A stretch of DNA of 64,000 bases from an uncultured delta proteobacterium (GTDB lineage: Bacteria; Myxococcota_A; Polyangia; Polyangiales; JAFGIB01), in the NCBI GenBank assembly GCA_963778655.1, contig CAVZVA010000010.1, forward strand, positions 1,312,001 through 1,376,000. The letters run 5' to 3'. Under the pieces are notes generated by a model. That model worked only from the letters and a program-made list of their open reading frames with translations, was not told the DNA's origin and did not search any database. Of the stretch, positions 63,362-64,000 are shown in pieces (the first letter of the stretch is position 1; each line of letters opens with the position of its first letter). Made by a program: the position numbers and the translations under genes.

Positions 63362-63958
63362 TTACCCGAGCGCGCCCGACTTGAGGTTGTGCGCGTTCAT
63401 GGCCGCCTGGGCGCCGCGGACCACGATGTCGGTCAGCGCCGCGGAGGCGCGTTCTAGCACATCCTGCAGCTCGGCGCCTTGGGCGGCGGCAAAATCGCTC
63501 AGGACATAGCCCTCGACGCTGCCCGCGCGGGGGCGGCCGATGCCGACCCGCAGCCGGCAGAAGTCGGCCCCACCGCACTGCTCGACGATCGAAGCCAGCC
63601 CGCGGTGGCCCGCGGTCCCCCCGCCCAGCTTGATGCGCAGCGTCCCGAAGGGCAGGTCGAGCTCGTCATGCACCACCACCAGCGCGCCCAGCTCGAGCTT
63701 GAAGAAGCGCAGGGCTTGCTGCACGGCACGCCCGCTGAGGTTCATGTACGTCGTCGGCTTGAGCAGCACCACGTCGCCCGCGCCCACCCCGGTCTTGCTC
63801 AAGCTGGCGGAAAAGCGCTCGCGATAGCCGGGCGCACCGTGCGCGAGCGCGAAGCGGTCGACCACCATGAAACCGACATTGTGGCGGTTTTTCGCGTACT
63901 TGGGACCTGGATTGCCCAGGCCCGCCAGAAGCTGCAGGGGCTTCTGCGCGGTGCTCAA
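63362..63958 (-). CDS. pth: Peptidyl-tRNA hydrolase
   Basis: GLGNPGPKY..NRHNVGF, KPTTYMNLSG, VHDELD, AGHRG, RLRVGIGRP. Confidence 0.97.
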   Translation of the reverse strand: MSTAQKPLQLLAGLGNPGPKYAKNRHNVGFMVVDRFALAHGAPGYRERFSASLSKTGVGAGDVVLLKPTTYMNLSGRAVQQALRFFKLELGALVVVHDELDLPFGTLRIKLGGGTAGHRGLASIVEQCGGADFCRLRVGIGRPRAGSVEGYVLSDFAAAQGAELQDVLERASAALTDIVVRGAQAAMNAHNLKSGALG

Positions 63959-64000
63959 GACGCCGCTGCAGGGGTCTCGGCCGCAGCCGCGGCGCCTGGC
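63955..64000 (-). CDS. 3' end of the upstream gene, probably ribosomal protein L25/Ctc (partial)
   Basis: Ala-rich tail PGAAAAAETPAAAS* whose stop overlaps the pth start (TTGA); rplY-pth is a common gene order. Confidence 0.45.
   Translation of the reverse strand, partial: PGAAAAAETPAAAS

Noticed and set aside
1..64000. tRNA, rRNA, integrase or transposase genes
   Set aside because: No recognisable signatures found by eye; tRNAscan and HMM searches would be needed to exclude them.

Overview
A very GC-rich window whose gene content (myxobacterial-style T6SS, many Cys-rich lipoproteins, TPR-PEGA protein) suggests Myxococcota, probably Polyangia; this is inference only. The first 43 kb hold an almost complete type VI secretion system in three blocks: tssA-tssB-tssC (minus, 96-4503), tssJ-K-L-M-tagF (minus, 26169-~33782) and hcp-tssE-F-G-clpV-tagH (plus, 34092-42168). 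No vgrG or PAAR gene is visible. About 21 kb of accessory genes separate tagF from tssA. They include redox enzymes, two methyltransferases (one frameshifted), a Ni/Co permease and an ADP-ribosylglycohydrolase-PKD lipoprotein. They also include an unusual module: an OmpA/PG-binding protein, two divergent His-Cys (clan CD/DUF4347-like) proteins, two lipoproteins, and a SWIM-SNF2 helicase directly behind tagF. TssA carries a tandem duplication of its ImpA_N domain. The right part has envelope and housekeeping genes: M23 peptidase, a large beta-propeller lipoprotein, cyaY, a Nudix enzyme, purC, a lytic transglycosylase, an orphan pntA, a FadL-like porin and dnaB-rplI-rpsR-rpsF-pth with an S6:S18 leader. 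Four copies of an octamer-based palindromic intergenic repeat occur. All calls come from motif recognition by eye; no searches were run.
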